Shown here: positions 28,597 to 39,282 of the stretch, piece after piece
Layout: every line of letters begins with the position of its first letter
How positions within the stretch are numbered: position 1 is the stretch's first letter
Source of the DNA: an uncultured delta proteobacterium
GTDB lineage: Bacteria; Desulfobacterota; Binatia; Binatales; Binataceae
Length of the DNA: 64,000 nucleotides
Direction of reading: 5' to 3'
Assembly: GCA_963794325.1 (NCBI GenBank)
Contig: CAWCDG010000004.1
Span: 1,088,001-1,152,000 of the forward strand
Translations under genes and position numbers: made by a program
Notes under the pieces: model-generated
Told to the model about the DNA's origin: nothing
Databases searched by the model: none
Seen by the model: only the letters and a program-made list of their open reading frames with translations

Positions 28597-29769
28597 GTGA
28601 ATCACAAGCGCAAGGGCAAAATCGTCGTGCTGCATCTGGCGGCGCGGTACCCGTTTGCCGGGGTGATCTGGCAATTGATGCATCACCTGATCGGGTTCAG
28701 ACAACTTGGCTTCGATGTCTATTACATCGAGGATCACCGGGCGTACGTTTACGATCCGACGATCGAGAGCACCAACACGGATCCATCGCGCAATCTGAAG
28801 GTGCTGGGCGGCGTGCTCGAGCGCTACGGTTTCGGCGACCGGTGGGCGTTCTTCGATTCGGTGAAGGATGAGTACGTCGGGATGCCGCGCGAGCGATGTA
28901 TCGAGTTGATTCGCGACGCCGATGCCGTGATCAATCTCTGCGGCGCGACCGAACCGCGCGAGGAGCACGAGCGCAGCCGATGCCTAGTGTATCTCGAGAC
29001 CGACCCCGGAGTGGTGCAGCTCGAGCTGGCGCGCAAGATTCCGACCAGCGTGGCGTTTGTCAAATCACACAAATTGCTTTTCACGTACTGCTACAATATC
29101 GGCGCGCCGGATTGCCTGCTGCCGACTGCCGGTTTCGATTGGCATCCGACGCGTCCGCCGGTGAATCTCGAGGAATGGCATCCGGGGGTTGGGCCTGCGG
29201 AACCAGTGGCGTTTACGACCGTTGGCACGTGGCAGAATAACGGCAACGACATGGAAATTGCGGGCGAGACGTACTACTGGTCGAAGCATCTGAATTTCCG
29301 CAAGATGCTCGAGGTCGCATCGCGCGCCAATCAGCCAATCGAGCTCGCGACCAATTTGAGCAGCGGAACAGACTACGATCGTGCGATTGCCGGTGGATTC
29401 ACGATTACCCCGGTGGTGCCGATGTCACTGGATATTGACAGGTATCGCGAGTACGTCAGCCGGTCGCGCGGCGAGTTCACGGTCGCGAAGGACATTTATG
29501 TTCGGCCGCGCACCGGATGGTTCAGCGATCGCACGGTCTGCTACCTGGCCGCGGGACGTCCGGTCGTCACGCAGCGGACCGGGTTTGAGAAATTCATTCC
29601 GACCGGCACCGGGCTGCTCGGATTCGATACGCCTGACGAAGCCGTCGATGCGATCGCGCAAATCAACGGCGACTATCCGCGTCATGCCCGGGTCGCGCGC
29701 GAAATAGCCCAAGAGTTTTTCAATCCGGCGAAACTGCTCGACGAAATCGCGGTGGCGGCGGGGATCTGA
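28597..29769 (+). CDS. Putative glycosyltransferase (GT-B-like)
   Basis: GWFSDRTVCYLAAGRPVV C-terminal motif. Confidence 0.65.
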   Translation: MNHKRKGKIVVLHLAARYPFAGVIWQLMHHLIGFRQLGFDVYYIEDHRAYVYDPTIESTNTDPSRNLKVLGGVLERYGFGDRWAFFDSVKDEYVGMPRERCIELIRDADAVINLCGATEPREEHERSRCLVYLETDPGVVQLELARKIPTSVAFVKSHKLLFTYCYNIGAPDCLLPTAGFDWHPTRPPVNLEEWHPGVGPAEPVAFTTVGTWQNNGNDMEIAGETYYWSKHLNFRKMLEVASRANQPIELATNLSSGTDYDRAIAGGFTITPVVPMSLDIDRYREYVSRSRGEFTVAKDIYVRPRTGWFSDRTVCYLAAGRPVVTQRTGFEKFIPTGTGLLGFDTPDEAVDAIAQINGDYPRHARVAREIAQEFFNPAKLLDEIAVAAGI

Positions 29770-29772
29770 ACG

Positions 29773-31278
29773 ATGGCCGCGACGCCGCTTCAGCAGATGC
29801 TGCAAATTGACGTGCTCTCGCGCGACGTCCGCACGCTGTTCGAAAGCGTGCTGGTGCTGATCGGCTTGATGGGCGCGTTCGCCGTGCGCCGGCGCAAGCG
29901 CGCGGTAACTGCCACGACATTCCTGCTGCTGTCGGGCGGCGCGCTGATCGACGCGGGCGCGCGCTTCATCCCCAACGAGCTGGTCGGACAGAAAGTTGCG
30001 GTCGCGGGCTGCGTACTTTTCCTGTTCGGCTTGATTCGCCTCGTGCTCGAATTCGTCGACTCGATCACGCGCCGCGGCAAGGTCCACTTCTCGAGCATCT
30101 TCAAAGAACTGATAATGCTGGTGTTGTGGTTCGTGGTTGTGATGGTGGTTCTGTACACCGATTTCGGGGTGCAGCCGCTTTCGATCCTGACCACTACGAC
30201 GGTCTTCGCGGCGGTGCTCGGATTTGCGCTGCAGGAGACGCTGGGCAACGTTTTCAGCGGTCTGTCACTTTCGATAGGGCGCCCGTTCGAGCCGGGCGAC
30301 TGGATTCGCAGCGGCACGCACGTCGGGCAGGTCAAGGGAATCGCGTGGCGCGCCACGACTATCGTTACGCGCGCCAACGAGCGGCTCGAGATACCCAACT
30401 CGGTGATTGCCAAGGAGACGCTGTACAACTACGCGACCGGCTACGTCCGCGACGAAATAACCGTTGGGATCAGCTACGGCGTGCCGCCCAATCATGTGCG
30501 CGAGGTCGTACTCACTCTGCTGCGCGACGTGCCGCAGGTGCTGCACGATCCGCCGCCGGAAGTTCTGGCCTGGGACTATTCCGATTTCTCGATCCAGTAT
30601 CGAATCAAGTACGCGATCGTTGATTACGGCGCGCAGGAGCACGTGCGCGATCGGGTCGCGTCGAGTCTGTGGTATGCGCTCCGGCGGCATTCGATCGAGA
30701 TTCCGTTCCCGACCCGCACCGTCCATGTGCGCGACGCGGGCCGCGATGAAGACGAGAAGGCCGACGCGCAGTTCGAGCGCGAGCTGATGGTCGACCTGCG
30801 CCAGGTCGATTGGCTGCGCGGCCTCAGCGACGACGAACTTCGCTTGCTGGTGCCGACCGTCTCGGTGCGCCAGTTTGGCGCGGGCGAGATGCTGGTGCGC
30901 ATCGGCGAACCTGGCGAGTCGATGTTCATCGTGCGCAGCGGGAAGGCCGAAGTCCTCGGTCGCACCGCCGACGGCGAAATTCGCCACCTTGCCGAGATTG
31001 GCCGCGGCGTGGTCACCGGCGAGATGGCGCTGATGACCGGCGAACCGCGCAACGCAAATGTGCGCGCGATCACCGATCTGGAAGTGATCGAGATGGACCG
31101 CGAGGGATTCACCCGCCTGTTCAAGGAGCATCCCGACGCGGCCGCCAGCATTGGCGATATTATAACCGCGCGAAACCGGGAGCGGCTGGAAAAGCTTGCA
31201 TCCGGCGACACTCTCGACGGCAAAGGCGGCCCGCATCGATGGCTGATCAACAAGATGCGCGAGCTGTTCGATTTCTGA
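29773..31278 (+). CDS. MscS mechanosensitive channel with C-terminal cNMP-binding domain
   Basis: LGFALQETLGN, IPNS, IEIPFP; GEMALMTGEPRNANVRA. Confidence 0.92.
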   Translation: MAATPLQQMLQIDVLSRDVRTLFESVLVLIGLMGAFAVRRRKRAVTATTFLLLSGGALIDAGARFIPNELVGQKVAVAGCVLFLFGLIRLVLEFVDSITRRGKVHFSSIFKELIMLVLWFVVVMVVLYTDFGVQPLSILTTTTVFAAVLGFALQETLGNVFSGLSLSIGRPFEPGDWIRSGTHVGQVKGIAWRATTIVTRANERLEIPNSVIAKETLYNYATGYVRDEITVGISYGVPPNHVREVVLTLLRDVPQVLHDPPPEVLAWDYSDFSIQYRIKYAIVDYGAQEHVRDRVASSLWYALRRHSIEIPFPTRTVHVRDAGRDEDEKADAQFERELMVDLRQVDWLRGLSDDELRLLVPTVSVRQFGAGEMLVRIGEPGESMFIVRSGKAEVLGRTADGEIRHLAEIGRGVVTGEMALMTGEPRNANVRAITDLEVIEMDREGFTRLFKEHPDAAASIGDIITARNRERLEKLASGDTLDGKGGPHRWLINKMRELFDF

Positions 31279-31284
31279 TCAGCG

Positions 31285-32553
31285 TCACGCGATCGCAGAC
31301 AGCGCGACTTGAAGCTCGCGGAGATTTCGCGACGGCACCAGCATCTTCACTTCGCGAGCGTACTGTTTGATCGCACTGTCGCCGGTGCCCCATCGCGCAG
31401 GATCTTCGGGATTCAGCCAGATTACGGCGCGGCAGGTGCGCGCGATTTCGCGAACTACATCGGCGCGCGCGGGCAGGCGATTGTTGCGGCCGTCGCCCAT
31501 GATAACGACGATGGTGCTGCGGGTCAGCAATCCGGTTCGGCGCTGCCACAGCTCGCCAAGCACGCGGCCGAAATCCGATCGCGCGTACAAGTCGAGCGCG
31601 GGGGTCATCACCAGATGGCCATCCTCGAAATCCGCTTCCGCCAGATGGTCGACGTACACGAAACTGCTGACGCGGCGGAAGCATTCGCGCGCGCCCGCTA
31701 TCAATTCGAGCATCAACTGCGCGGCGTAGCGGACTGAACCGGAGATATCGGCAAGGATTACGAGATCGACGTGGCGCGGACGGCGCGAGCGGAAGTTCAG
31801 ATCGATCATCGCACCGCCGCGCTGCATCGCCGCGCGAATCGTGCGACGAAAATCGATTCGGCCGGTCTTGGCGAGACGCAGCCGGCGTCCGAGCCGAATC
31901 CGGAAACGGCGAATCAGTGGCGCGAGCGCGTCGCGCGCCTCGTCGTAGTCAAGGTCGGAGAAATTGTCGAACGGCCTCCGCTCGATCGCGCGGAGTCGCG
32001 CGACGCGCGCCGCTTCAATACCGGGTGTGCGCGAATCTTCGCGCGCATCGGCCGAGTGCTGGTCTTCGCGGCCACGAGTTTCCCCGGATTTGCTCTCGGC
32101 GTCGTTGCCTTCCGCGTCATCGCGATACGCAGCCGTGCTTTTCGCGGAAGGCTTCGCTTCTGGCGGCGACGACTTCTCAACGCGATCGTCCGCTCGCGCG
32201 CCGTCGCGCGCCTGCTCAGCCTTCCGCGGCGTCGCTTCGTCCCGCGGCGCTGGATCGTCGCCGGGACGGCCGCGTCCAGCGGCAGCGGAAACCTGGGCGC
32301 CGCGTTGATCGGGATGCTCGCCGCGATTTGTCCGAGGCGCTGCGAAAAAACGGTTGAACGATTCGTCGAAGATGGCGCGGTCGGCTTCGTCTTTGATCAG
32401 CGCCGCCGCCAACGCTTCATGCATCGGTTCGCGCTCCAGCCCCACCGCCACAACCGCGTTCATCGCGTCGATCGATTCCGCAACTGAGATTCTAACGCCC
32501 GCATCGCGCAGCGCCGCTATGAAATTCACGAGTTGATCGCGAAGGCGAGCCAT
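31285..32553 (-). CDS. CoxE-like VWA domain protein
   Basis: DISGSV MIDAS, GDGRNN, WLNPE. Confidence 0.88.
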   Translation of the reverse strand: MARLRDQLVNFIAALRDAGVRISVAESIDAMNAVVAVGLEREPMHEALAAALIKDEADRAIFDESFNRFFAAPRTNRGEHPDQRGAQVSAAAGRGRPGDDPAPRDEATPRKAEQARDGARADDRVEKSSPPEAKPSAKSTAAYRDDAEGNDAESKSGETRGREDQHSADAREDSRTPGIEAARVARLRAIERRPFDNFSDLDYDEARDALAPLIRRFRIRLGRRLRLAKTGRIDFRRTIRAAMQRGGAMIDLNFRSRRPRHVDLVILADISGSVRYAAQLMLELIAGARECFRRVSSFVYVDHLAEADFEDGHLVMTPALDLYARSDFGRVLGELWQRRTGLLTRSTIVVIMGDGRNNRLPARADVVREIARTCRAVIWLNPEDPARWGTGDSAIKQYAREVKMLVPSRNLRELQVALSAIA

Positions 32554-32557
32554 CTAA

Positions 32558-33439
32558 CTACGTCGCGGACTTGCGGCGCGGGGCGAGCGTCGAGGCTTTC
32601 GATTCCACCTTTGCGCGATCGTCTTCGTGCTTGAGGAGCACGCCCAGTGCGGTGCGCACCGCGTCGGTGTCGAGTTCGCGGACGCCCAACCGCACGAGAG
32701 CGCGCGCCCAATCGAGAGTCTCCGCAATCGACGGCGGCTTGCGCAGGCCGAGCTTGCGAATCGCGCCGACGAAGCGCGCTGCCTCAGCCGCCAGCTTCGC
32801 GTCAAGTTCGGGCACCTTGAGCTCGATAATTTTTCGCTCCTGCTCGGTTCCGGGAAAATCGATGAACAGGTGCAGGCATCGGCGGCGCAGCGCCTCCGAC
32901 AGCTCGCGCGCGCGGTTCGAGGTCAGAATCACGGCCGGCCGCTCGTGGGCCTTCAATGTTCCCAGTTCGGGAACGCTTACCTGGAAGTCGGAAAGCAGCT
33001 CCAGTAAAAACGCCTCGAACTCCTCGTCGGCCTTGTCGACTTCGTCGATCAGCAGCACGACCCGGCTGGGCGAGGTGATTGCTCTGAGCAGCGGGCGCTC
33101 CAGTAGAAAGTCGCGCGAGAAAATGTGCTCGCTCAGTTCTTCCCATCGCAGGCCCTGCTGCTCGTCGGCCTGCATCCGCAAAAGTTGTTTCTGATAATTC
33201 CATTCGTAGAGCGCGCGCGCCTCGTCGAGGCCCTCATAACATTGCAGCCGGATCAGCTCGGTGTGGAGAATTTCCGCGAGCACCTTGGCGACTTCGGTCT
33301 TGCCCGCGCCGGCGGGACCTTCTATCAGCAACGGCTTTTCGAGCGCGAGCGCGAGAAAGATCGCGGTCTCGACGCGCTCGTTGGTGACGTAGCGCGCGCG
33401 CTTGAGGCCGTCGGAAATCTGCTCGTGGGAAATTTGCAT
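32558..33439 (-). CDS. MoxR family AAA+ ATPase (CoxD-like)
   Basis: EGPAGAGKT, RLQCYEG, LLIDEVDK, ALRRRC. Confidence 0.92.
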   Translation of the reverse strand: MQISHEQISDGLKRARYVTNERVETAIFLALALEKPLLIEGPAGAGKTEVAKVLAEILHTELIRLQCYEGLDEARALYEWNYQKQLLRMQADEQQGLRWEELSEHIFSRDFLLERPLLRAITSPSRVVLLIDEVDKADEEFEAFLLELLSDFQVSVPELGTLKAHERPAVILTSNRARELSEALRRRCLHLFIDFPGTEQERKIIELKVPELDAKLAAEAARFVGAIRKLGLRKPPSIAETLDWARALVRLGVRELDTDAVRTALGVLLKHEDDRAKVESKASTLAPRRKSAT

Positions 33440-33445
33440 GGACGG

Positions 33446-33847
33446 TCAGCGGCGGTTGATCTTCGGGGCGCGGCGGCGCTCGAGGAAAATCCGGGCGCGA
33501 TGCTTCATGCCGTCGCGCTCGTCGCGCGGCGTCGCGCGCACCTCTTCGGTGTAGGCCGCCAGCTCGGTGCATAGCCGCTCGACGTCAACGCCGGCGCGCG
33601 CGGGCTTCATGTCGTCGAGCGCGATCATCGCTTGCGACATCAGGTTGATCGACGCCTGCCTGCCGCCGCGTTCGAAGCGCAAATGGAGCGCCGCGGCGAT
33701 TTGATTGAACGCGACGACGAGACCTTTGAGATCGTCATCGGCCGAGCGCGATGCAGTCTCGAACATCTCAGCCGCTTCGAAGTACTCGCCGCGATTGAAT
33801 GCCGCGATCGCGTCGTCGATCGATGCCGATGGGGAATCGTTTTTCAT
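33446..33847 (-). CDS. DUF309-like protein
   Basis: FNRGEYFEA..E, QIAAALH. Confidence 0.6.
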   Translation of the reverse strand: MKNDSPSASIDDAIAAFNRGEYFEAAEMFETASRSADDDLKGLVVAFNQIAAALHLRFERGGRQASINLMSQAMIALDDMKPARAGVDVERLCTELAAYTEEVRATPRDERDGMKHRARIFLERRRAPKINRR

Positions 33848-33881
33848 TTTTCACGGGTCACGGCTCACGGGACCTGGAAAA

Positions 33882-34709
33882 TCAGAGCTGTTCTTTTTCC
33901 TCGACCGCGCGATACTCGGTCTCGCCCAGCGCCTGCGCCTTGCGCGAGCCGTAACGCTCGTAGAGATCGAACAGGCTGGACTTGTGCGGCCGGACCTTGC
34001 TCAGCGGACATTTCTGGTATTCGTCGAGCGACTCGTCGCAGTAGCCCATGCGATTCTCGCCGCACTTGGGTTGCAGGAACACCGCGATTTCCGGCAGCAC
34101 ATGCTTGATCTCCGCGCGCATCATCGCGACCATCCGCCGGATTTCCCATTGCGCGCGAACGCACAGGCGCAGATCGCAGATGTGGAGCATTTCGGCGAAA
34201 TTCACCATCACGTGGAAATTCGTCGGCGCGGCGTTAGGCAGCACGAAGCGCGCATCCTCGGCCGGAATCCCGGCCTTCAGCGCCTTGGCGTAGAGCTCGG
34301 AGGTCTTCGAAAGCAGATCGGAGAATTCATCTTCGAGGCCCGCGCGCGACCATGAATCCGGCAGCACGAATGCGAGCTTGTCCTGCTTGAATTTCACGTA
34401 GCGCTGGCTCTGCTGCTCGAAGCTGATGCCGATCCGATGACGCACGAACTGATGCGACAGCGAGCGCGAGACGTTGGCAATCCCGAACCAGAAAACGATC
34501 TGCTCGAGCGGAGAGGCGTGACCGGTCTTGAGCCGCTCGGTGATGAACTCGCGAATTTTGTCGTGGGTGATTTTCTCGGATCTGATTTTTTCCCAGACTT
34601 CGATCGGTGTGTCGGAGGAATAGCAGGTGCGAAACGCCGCGTAGAGTTTCTCGAGCGGCTGCTGCGCGTAGTCGATCAACTTGACCTGCATTTTCGCCTG
34701 ATTTTCCAC
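33882..34709 (-). CDS. thyX: FAD-dependent thymidylate synthase
   Basis: GHASPLE, HQFVRHR, QQSQRY, EDARFVLP, AQWEIR. Confidence 0.93.
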   Translation of the reverse strand: MENQAKMQVKLIDYAQQPLEKLYAAFRTCYSSDTPIEVWEKIRSEKITHDKIREFITERLKTGHASPLEQIVFWFGIANVSRSLSHQFVRHRIGISFEQQSQRYVKFKQDKLAFVLPDSWSRAGLEDEFSDLLSKTSELYAKALKAGIPAEDARFVLPNAAPTNFHVMVNFAEMLHICDLRLCVRAQWEIRRMVAMMRAEIKHVLPEIAVFLQPKCGENRMGYCDESLDEYQKCPLSKVRPHKSSLFDLYERYGSRKAQALGETEYRAVEEKEQL

Positions 34710-34865
34710 GCGTTCCTGACCCTCCCGCCAATTGCCGAAGGCTTGTCGCCACCGGCGTCTACCATCTTATTCCATGCCGCGGTGCGACTGCATCAGGCCG
34801 CGTATTCTTAATCCACACCATGCGTTGTTGCGCCAGACCCGCGTCATTGCAAGATTGCGTGTGAA

Positions 34866-35948
34866 ATGGCATCCACGATCCGCGCGGTGTCGGCGATCGA
34901 CACCCTCTATCAGAATTTTCTCAAGCGATGCCTGTTTGCGCTCGACGCCGAGTCCGCACATCGTCTGGCGTTGTGGATGTTTTCCATGCTGCCGCCATTT
35001 ACGCCGGCGCGAGAACATCCCGAGCTTGGGATCAAATTGTGGGGAACCGACTTTCCAAATCCGATTGGGCTCGCAGCCGGGATGGACAAGGACGCCGTCG
35101 CGATTCGCGGATGGGAGACAATCGGATTCGGCTTCGCCGAGCTGGGAACGATCACGCCGCGCCCGCAGGCCGGAAACGAAACGCCGCGCGTATGGCGCAT
35201 CCCGGAACGCCGCGCGCTGATCAACCGGCTCGGTTTTCCCAGCGAAGGGATGGAGGCGGTCGCACCGCGAATCGATCGGATGCGCAAGGCCGGGCATTCG
35301 ATTCGCCTGGGCCTCAACTTCGGGCCGAACAGCGATACGCCGCCGGAGAGTGTTGCCGCCGACTACATGGCGCTGATGGAGCGGCTCGGTCCGTTGGCAG
35401 ATTTTATCGTTATCAACGTGAGCTCGCCGAATACGCCGGGGCTGCGCAACTGGCAATCGCCCGAGAAGATGAGCGAGCTGTTCGCCGCGATGCTGGGAAA
35501 GAGCGGCGAGTCGCCCCGCCCGCTGCTGGTGAAACTTTCGCCCGACCTGGAGCGCAATGAGCTGTTTCGAATCTGCGAGGCCGCGCTCGAGATCGGCGTG
35601 GACGGGATCGTCGCGTGCAACACTACGGTCGCGCGCGAGGCGCTAGGCGTCTCGTCGCCGCATCCGGGAGGACTCAGTGGCCGTCCGCTGACGATTCGCG
35701 CGCGCGAGCTGATTCGCGACATCCATACCCACACGCGCGGAAAAATCCCGATCATCGGCGTCGGCGGCGTCGCCACGGCCGAGGATGCGTGGTTGCACAT
35801 TCGCGCCGGCGCATCGCTCGTCGAGCTTTACACCGCGCTCATCTACGAGGGCCCGGGCGTCGTGGAGAAAATCAAAACTGGGCTGGCAGACTTGCTACGT
35901 CGAGGTGGATTTCGTTCTATTAGGGAAGCGGTCGGAATAGACCGATAG
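34866..35948 (+). CDS. pyrD: Quinone-dependent dihydroorotate dehydrogenase
   Basis: NPIGLAAGMDK, INRLGF, NVSSPNTPGLR, GGLSG. Confidence 0.95.
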   Translation: MASTIRAVSAIDTLYQNFLKRCLFALDAESAHRLALWMFSMLPPFTPAREHPELGIKLWGTDFPNPIGLAAGMDKDAVAIRGWETIGFGFAELGTITPRPQAGNETPRVWRIPERRALINRLGFPSEGMEAVAPRIDRMRKAGHSIRLGLNFGPNSDTPPESVAADYMALMERLGPLADFIVINVSSPNTPGLRNWQSPEKMSELFAAMLGKSGESPRPLLVKLSPDLERNELFRICEAALEIGVDGIVACNTTVAREALGVSSPHPGGLSGRPLTIRARELIRDIHTHTRGKIPIIGVGGVATAEDAWLHIRAGASLVELYTALIYEGPGVVEKIKTGLADLLRRGGFRSIREAVGIDR

Positions 35949-35957
35949 GTCGAGGCA

Positions 35958-36767
35958 ATGGATTCTGAAAAAATTGTCGATGCAAAGTGGATCCGCGAGC
36001 ATCGCGACGACGCGGATCTGATCCTCGTCGACACGCGGGCTGCCAAGGATTTCCACGCGGGACATCTGCGCGGCGCGCGGCATTTCGATCCGTTCCCGTT
36101 TCATCATACGGATACGTCCGAGCGCGGAATTGCGGAGTTCGACGCGCAGCTCCAATGGATATTTTCGGCGCTTGGAATCGGCGCGCGCGAGACGGTCGTG
36201 TTCTATGAGAATGAATCCGGGATGCGCGCGGCGCGCGGTCAGTGGGTGCTCGAATACGCGGGACATCCGAAATCAAGAATGCTCGACGGCGGGCTCAAGG
36301 CGCTGGCGGGAGAAAAGTTAGCCACCCAGATCGACAAGTTCGCGGCGTCAGATTTCCAGCTCAATCTGCGGGCGGGGATTCTCGCGACGTATCCAGACCT
36401 GCTCGAACGGCTGGGGCATCCCAACGTGCAAATCTTTGACGTTCGCAGCGATGCGGAATACTTCAGCGAACGCATCCGCGCCAAACATGGCGGCGCGATC
36501 CCCGGCTCGTACCATCAGGACTGGACCGCTGCGCTCGCCGCTGACGGTACCGTGAAATCGCCCGCCAAGCTGCGCGCGCAATTCGAAGCGCTCGGACTCG
36601 ATCGCGAAAATGAGATCGTGCCGTACTGCCAGGGTGGTTATCGCGCGGCGCACGCATACCTCGCGCTCAAACTCGCGGGCTATCCGAAGGTGAGGAACTA
36701 CTTGGGGTCATGGGCGGAATGGGGGAATCGCGACGATTTGCCGAGAGAGCATCCGCGGCGCAAGTGA
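35958..36767 (+). CDS. Tandem-rhodanese sulfurtransferase
   Basis: LDGG, YCQGGYRA, YLGSWAEW. Confidence 0.9.
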   Translation: MDSEKIVDAKWIREHRDDADLILVDTRAAKDFHAGHLRGARHFDPFPFHHTDTSERGIAEFDAQLQWIFSALGIGARETVVFYENESGMRAARGQWVLEYAGHPKSRMLDGGLKALAGEKLATQIDKFAASDFQLNLRAGILATYPDLLERLGHPNVQIFDVRSDAEYFSERIRAKHGGAIPGSYHQDWTAALAADGTVKSPAKLRAQFEALGLDRENEIVPYCQGGYRAAHAYLALKLAGYPKVRNYLGSWAEWGNRDDLPREHPRRK

Positions 36768-36794
36768 GTCCAGGGTGAGTGCTTGAGTCTCGGC

Positions 36795-36834
36795 AACCTA
36801 ACCCCTAACCCCTTCCCGAGCGGGAAGGGGAACC
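36795..36834. repeat. REP-like family B copy
   Basis: AACCTAACCCCTAACCCCTTCCCGAGCGGGAAGGGGAACC, identical to the core of the 24790 copy. Confidence 0.9.
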
Positions 36835-36847
36835 AGATTGTTAGTAG

Positions 36848-37465
36848 ATGCCGCCGATTTTGATTCTCACCGGGTTTGAGCCGTTTCGCGGCGAGCGGAT
36901 CAATCCGTCGTGGGAGGTCGCGCGCGGCTTCGACGGAGACGTGATCGGCGGGATGCAGATAAAATCGGTGCGCGTGCCGGTCGGATGCGCGAAAGCGGCG
37001 CGGCGAATTACCGGCGCGATCGTGCGCTACCGTCCGCGCGCGGTGATTGGACTTGGTGAGGCAGGTGGCCGGGCGGCCATCTCACTCGAGAGAATCGCGA
37101 TCAATCTTGCCGACGAGCGGGGCGCGCTCGCCAAACGCGGCGACCCGGGATTCACGCCGGTCGTGCGCGGCGGCCCCGACGCATACTTCTCGCGACTGCC
37201 GCTGCGCGCAATCATCCGGGAACTCGATCGCAAGGATATTCCGGCGAGCGTATCGCTGACGGCGGGCGCGTACGCATGCAATGCGCTGATGTACGCGGCG
37301 TTGCATCAGCTGCGGCGCAAATCCACTGTCCCGGTGGGATTCATTCATCTGCCATACGAGGCGCGCCAGGCGGGACGCCATCGCAGCCTACCGACGATGG
37401 CGCTTGCGATGATGGAGAATGCGGTGCGCATCGCGATCGTCGAGACTGCGCGCTCGGCGAAGTGA
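36848..37465 (+). CDS. pcp: Pyroglutamyl-peptidase I
   Basis: LTGFEPF, NPSW, LERIAIN, AGAYACN, GFIHLP. Confidence 0.92.
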   Translation: MPPILILTGFEPFRGERINPSWEVARGFDGDVIGGMQIKSVRVPVGCAKAARRITGAIVRYRPRAVIGLGEAGGRAAISLERIAINLADERGALAKRGDPGFTPVVRGGPDAYFSRLPLRAIIRELDRKDIPASVSLTAGAYACNALMYAALHQLRRKSTVPVGFIHLPYEARQAGRHRSLPTMALAMMENAVRIAIVETARSAK

Positions 37466-37498
37466 CTTCGCGCTTATCGGTGGAGTAGGTTAGGCAGC

Positions 37499-37777
37499 GT
37501 GTTATTCGTCGGCTTTCTGTTGCTCTTGTCGGGTATTATTTTTACCGGAATTGGCTTCCACATGCGGGCGGGCGCCCGCACGAACCCGAACGATCGAGCC
37601 GAGATCAATCCAACGCTGAGGCCCGCCTTTCCACCGCAGATCCCCCTCGCAGTCGACTGGCTGACCGGAGACCTCAGGCCCAGAGGGAGCTACATTATAC
37701 TCGCAGGTGCGGTCTGCCTAAGTCTCTCAATCTTTCTTGCTCTGTTCCTACTTGATCGCGACTGCATTCGGCGGTGA
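37499..37777 (+). CDS. Small 2-TM hypothetical protein
   Basis: Two hydrophobic helices; GTG start. Confidence 0.5.
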   Translation: MLFVGFLLLLSGIIFTGIGFHMRAGARTNPNDRAEINPTLRPAFPPQIPLAVDWLTGDLRPRGSYIILAGAVCLSLSIFLALFLLDRDCIRR

Positions 37778-38728
37778 TGCTATGCCGCCTTCCAGATTCA
37801 TCGGGACTGATACCAGCATGCATTCGTAGCGCTTGTCGGCGGCGCAATCTGCGGCGAGCTCCTCGAGATTGAACTGCTCGCCGATTGGCAGGCCCAGCAG
37901 GCATAGCGTGCGGTAGTGCAGCGCGCCTTCGTTTTTGAAATCCCACGGCCACGGCTCGACGGCCGGACAATCGGTGCCGACCGCCGCGACGCGATGATCC
38001 CAGAACCATTCGACCATCGCGCTGCTGTCCTCGATGCCGCAGGCCTTCAGCCCTTCGAGCGGCGCCATAGCAGCTTTCTCGTCGGCCGACGCCGAGAGGT
38101 AGGCCTGCATCCATCCGGTGCGAATCAGCAGGATCGTGCCCGGTTTCAGATCGACGCCCTGCGCGACCGCGGTCTCCTTCAAATCGTCGAGGCTGTATTT
38201 TTCCGACTTGAGCGGATCGATCGTGCGGCCATGCGAGATTCGGTAGCGGAACGCGTCGAGTAGCACGGCGCGGCCGACAAACTTGTTCGCCCACTTGTGG
38301 ATGCTGAGACGTCCGGTCGGCCCGTCTTTTATCTCGGTGGATTTCACGCCGTTGTAGAACGCCTTGTACCGCGGGCTGCCGACGTGCGCGAGGCCGTCCC
38401 ACTGGCTCCCTTCCTGCGTGTTGTAGCTGTCGAGCGAGTCGTCGAAACCGAGCAGGCCGAAGCTTTCGAAGCTCATGATGTTGTGCTTGGCGGGGCGCCG
38501 CGCGAACAGCGGCGGGTTGGCGTAATTGATTTTCGTATCGAGCCGGAAGACGCTGCCCTTGCGCACCAGGCGCGCGGCGTCGATCACGCCCTCGGGCGTC
38601 AGGAAATTCAGGCATCCGAGTTCGTCGTCGTCGCCGAACACGCCCCACGACGATTCTTTGGGCTTGTCAGGCTTGATCGGAAGTTCGGCGAAGCGGGGAA
38701 CTTTGTTGAGATCGATCCTGGTTGCCAT
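37748..38728 (-). CDS. Cyclase family (kynurenine formamidase-like) protein
   Basis: WGVFGDDDELG, SQWDGLAH, LIRTGW, GGIASPPNA. Confidence 0.88.
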   Translation of the reverse strand: MATRIDLNKVPRFAELPIKPDKPKESSWGVFGDDDELGCLNFLTPEGVIDAARLVRKGSVFRLDTKINYANPPLFARRPAKHNIMSFESFGLLGFDDSLDSYNTQEGSQWDGLAHVGSPRYKAFYNGVKSTEIKDGPTGRLSIHKWANKFVGRAVLLDAFRYRISHGRTIDPLKSEKYSLDDLKETAVAQGVDLKPGTILLIRTGWMQAYLSASADEKAAMAPLEGLKACGIEDSSAMVEWFWDHRVAAVGTDCPAVEPWPWDFKNEGALHYRTLCLLGLPIGEQFNLEELAADCAADKRYECMLVSVPMNLEGGIASPPNAVAIK

Positions 38729-38752
38729 CGCATCAGCTCCTTGGCGAAAAAA

Positions 38753-39211
38753 TTACGATCGTTCGGGCTTCCATTCGTAGAGCACGTCGGCTTCGCGCTC
38801 CATGTTAGTGGCGCCGTCGGTAAATTTCGTTGCGATAAAGCAGCGCGCTTCATAAAAACGGCGCGCCGGGGTGTTGCGCTGGAATGCCCACAGGTGAAGA
38901 CCGGTGGGACGAAGACCTTTCGCATGCGCGAGCATCGCGTCGCCGACGCCTCGACGTTGATCGGCGGGCGCAACGTAAAATTGATCGAGGTCGTCATTAT
39001 GAAGTGTCAGGACCCCGACGATTCGGCCGGCATCCTCGGCGATCCAGGTCTCACGCTCCGGCACCATCTGATGGATCACGAAGGCGCGAATTTCGGCGTC
39101 AGTGCCGACAGTCGGGAGATATGCAGCGGCGCCTCGGCGCGAGGCGATATATACCGTTGCAACTTCGGATGCATCGGCGGCAGTGGCGCGTCGGAAGCTG
39201 ATAGCCATCAA
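38753..39211 (-). CDS. GNAT family acetyltransferase
   Basis: QRRGVG, NTPARRFYE. Confidence 0.88.
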   Translation of the reverse strand: MMAISFRRATAADASEVATVYIASRRGAAAYLPTVGTDAEIRAFVIHQMVPERETWIAEDAGRIVGVLTLHNDDLDQFYVAPADQRRGVGDAMLAHAKGLRPTGLHLWAFQRNTPARRFYEARCFIATKFTDGATNMEREADVLYEWKPERS

Positions 39212-39282
39212 TGTTGGGTTTCCGTCCGAACGCAGTGCGCTGTCAAGGATTGACGGCGGCGAAACATTGAAGCGGCGGTCCC

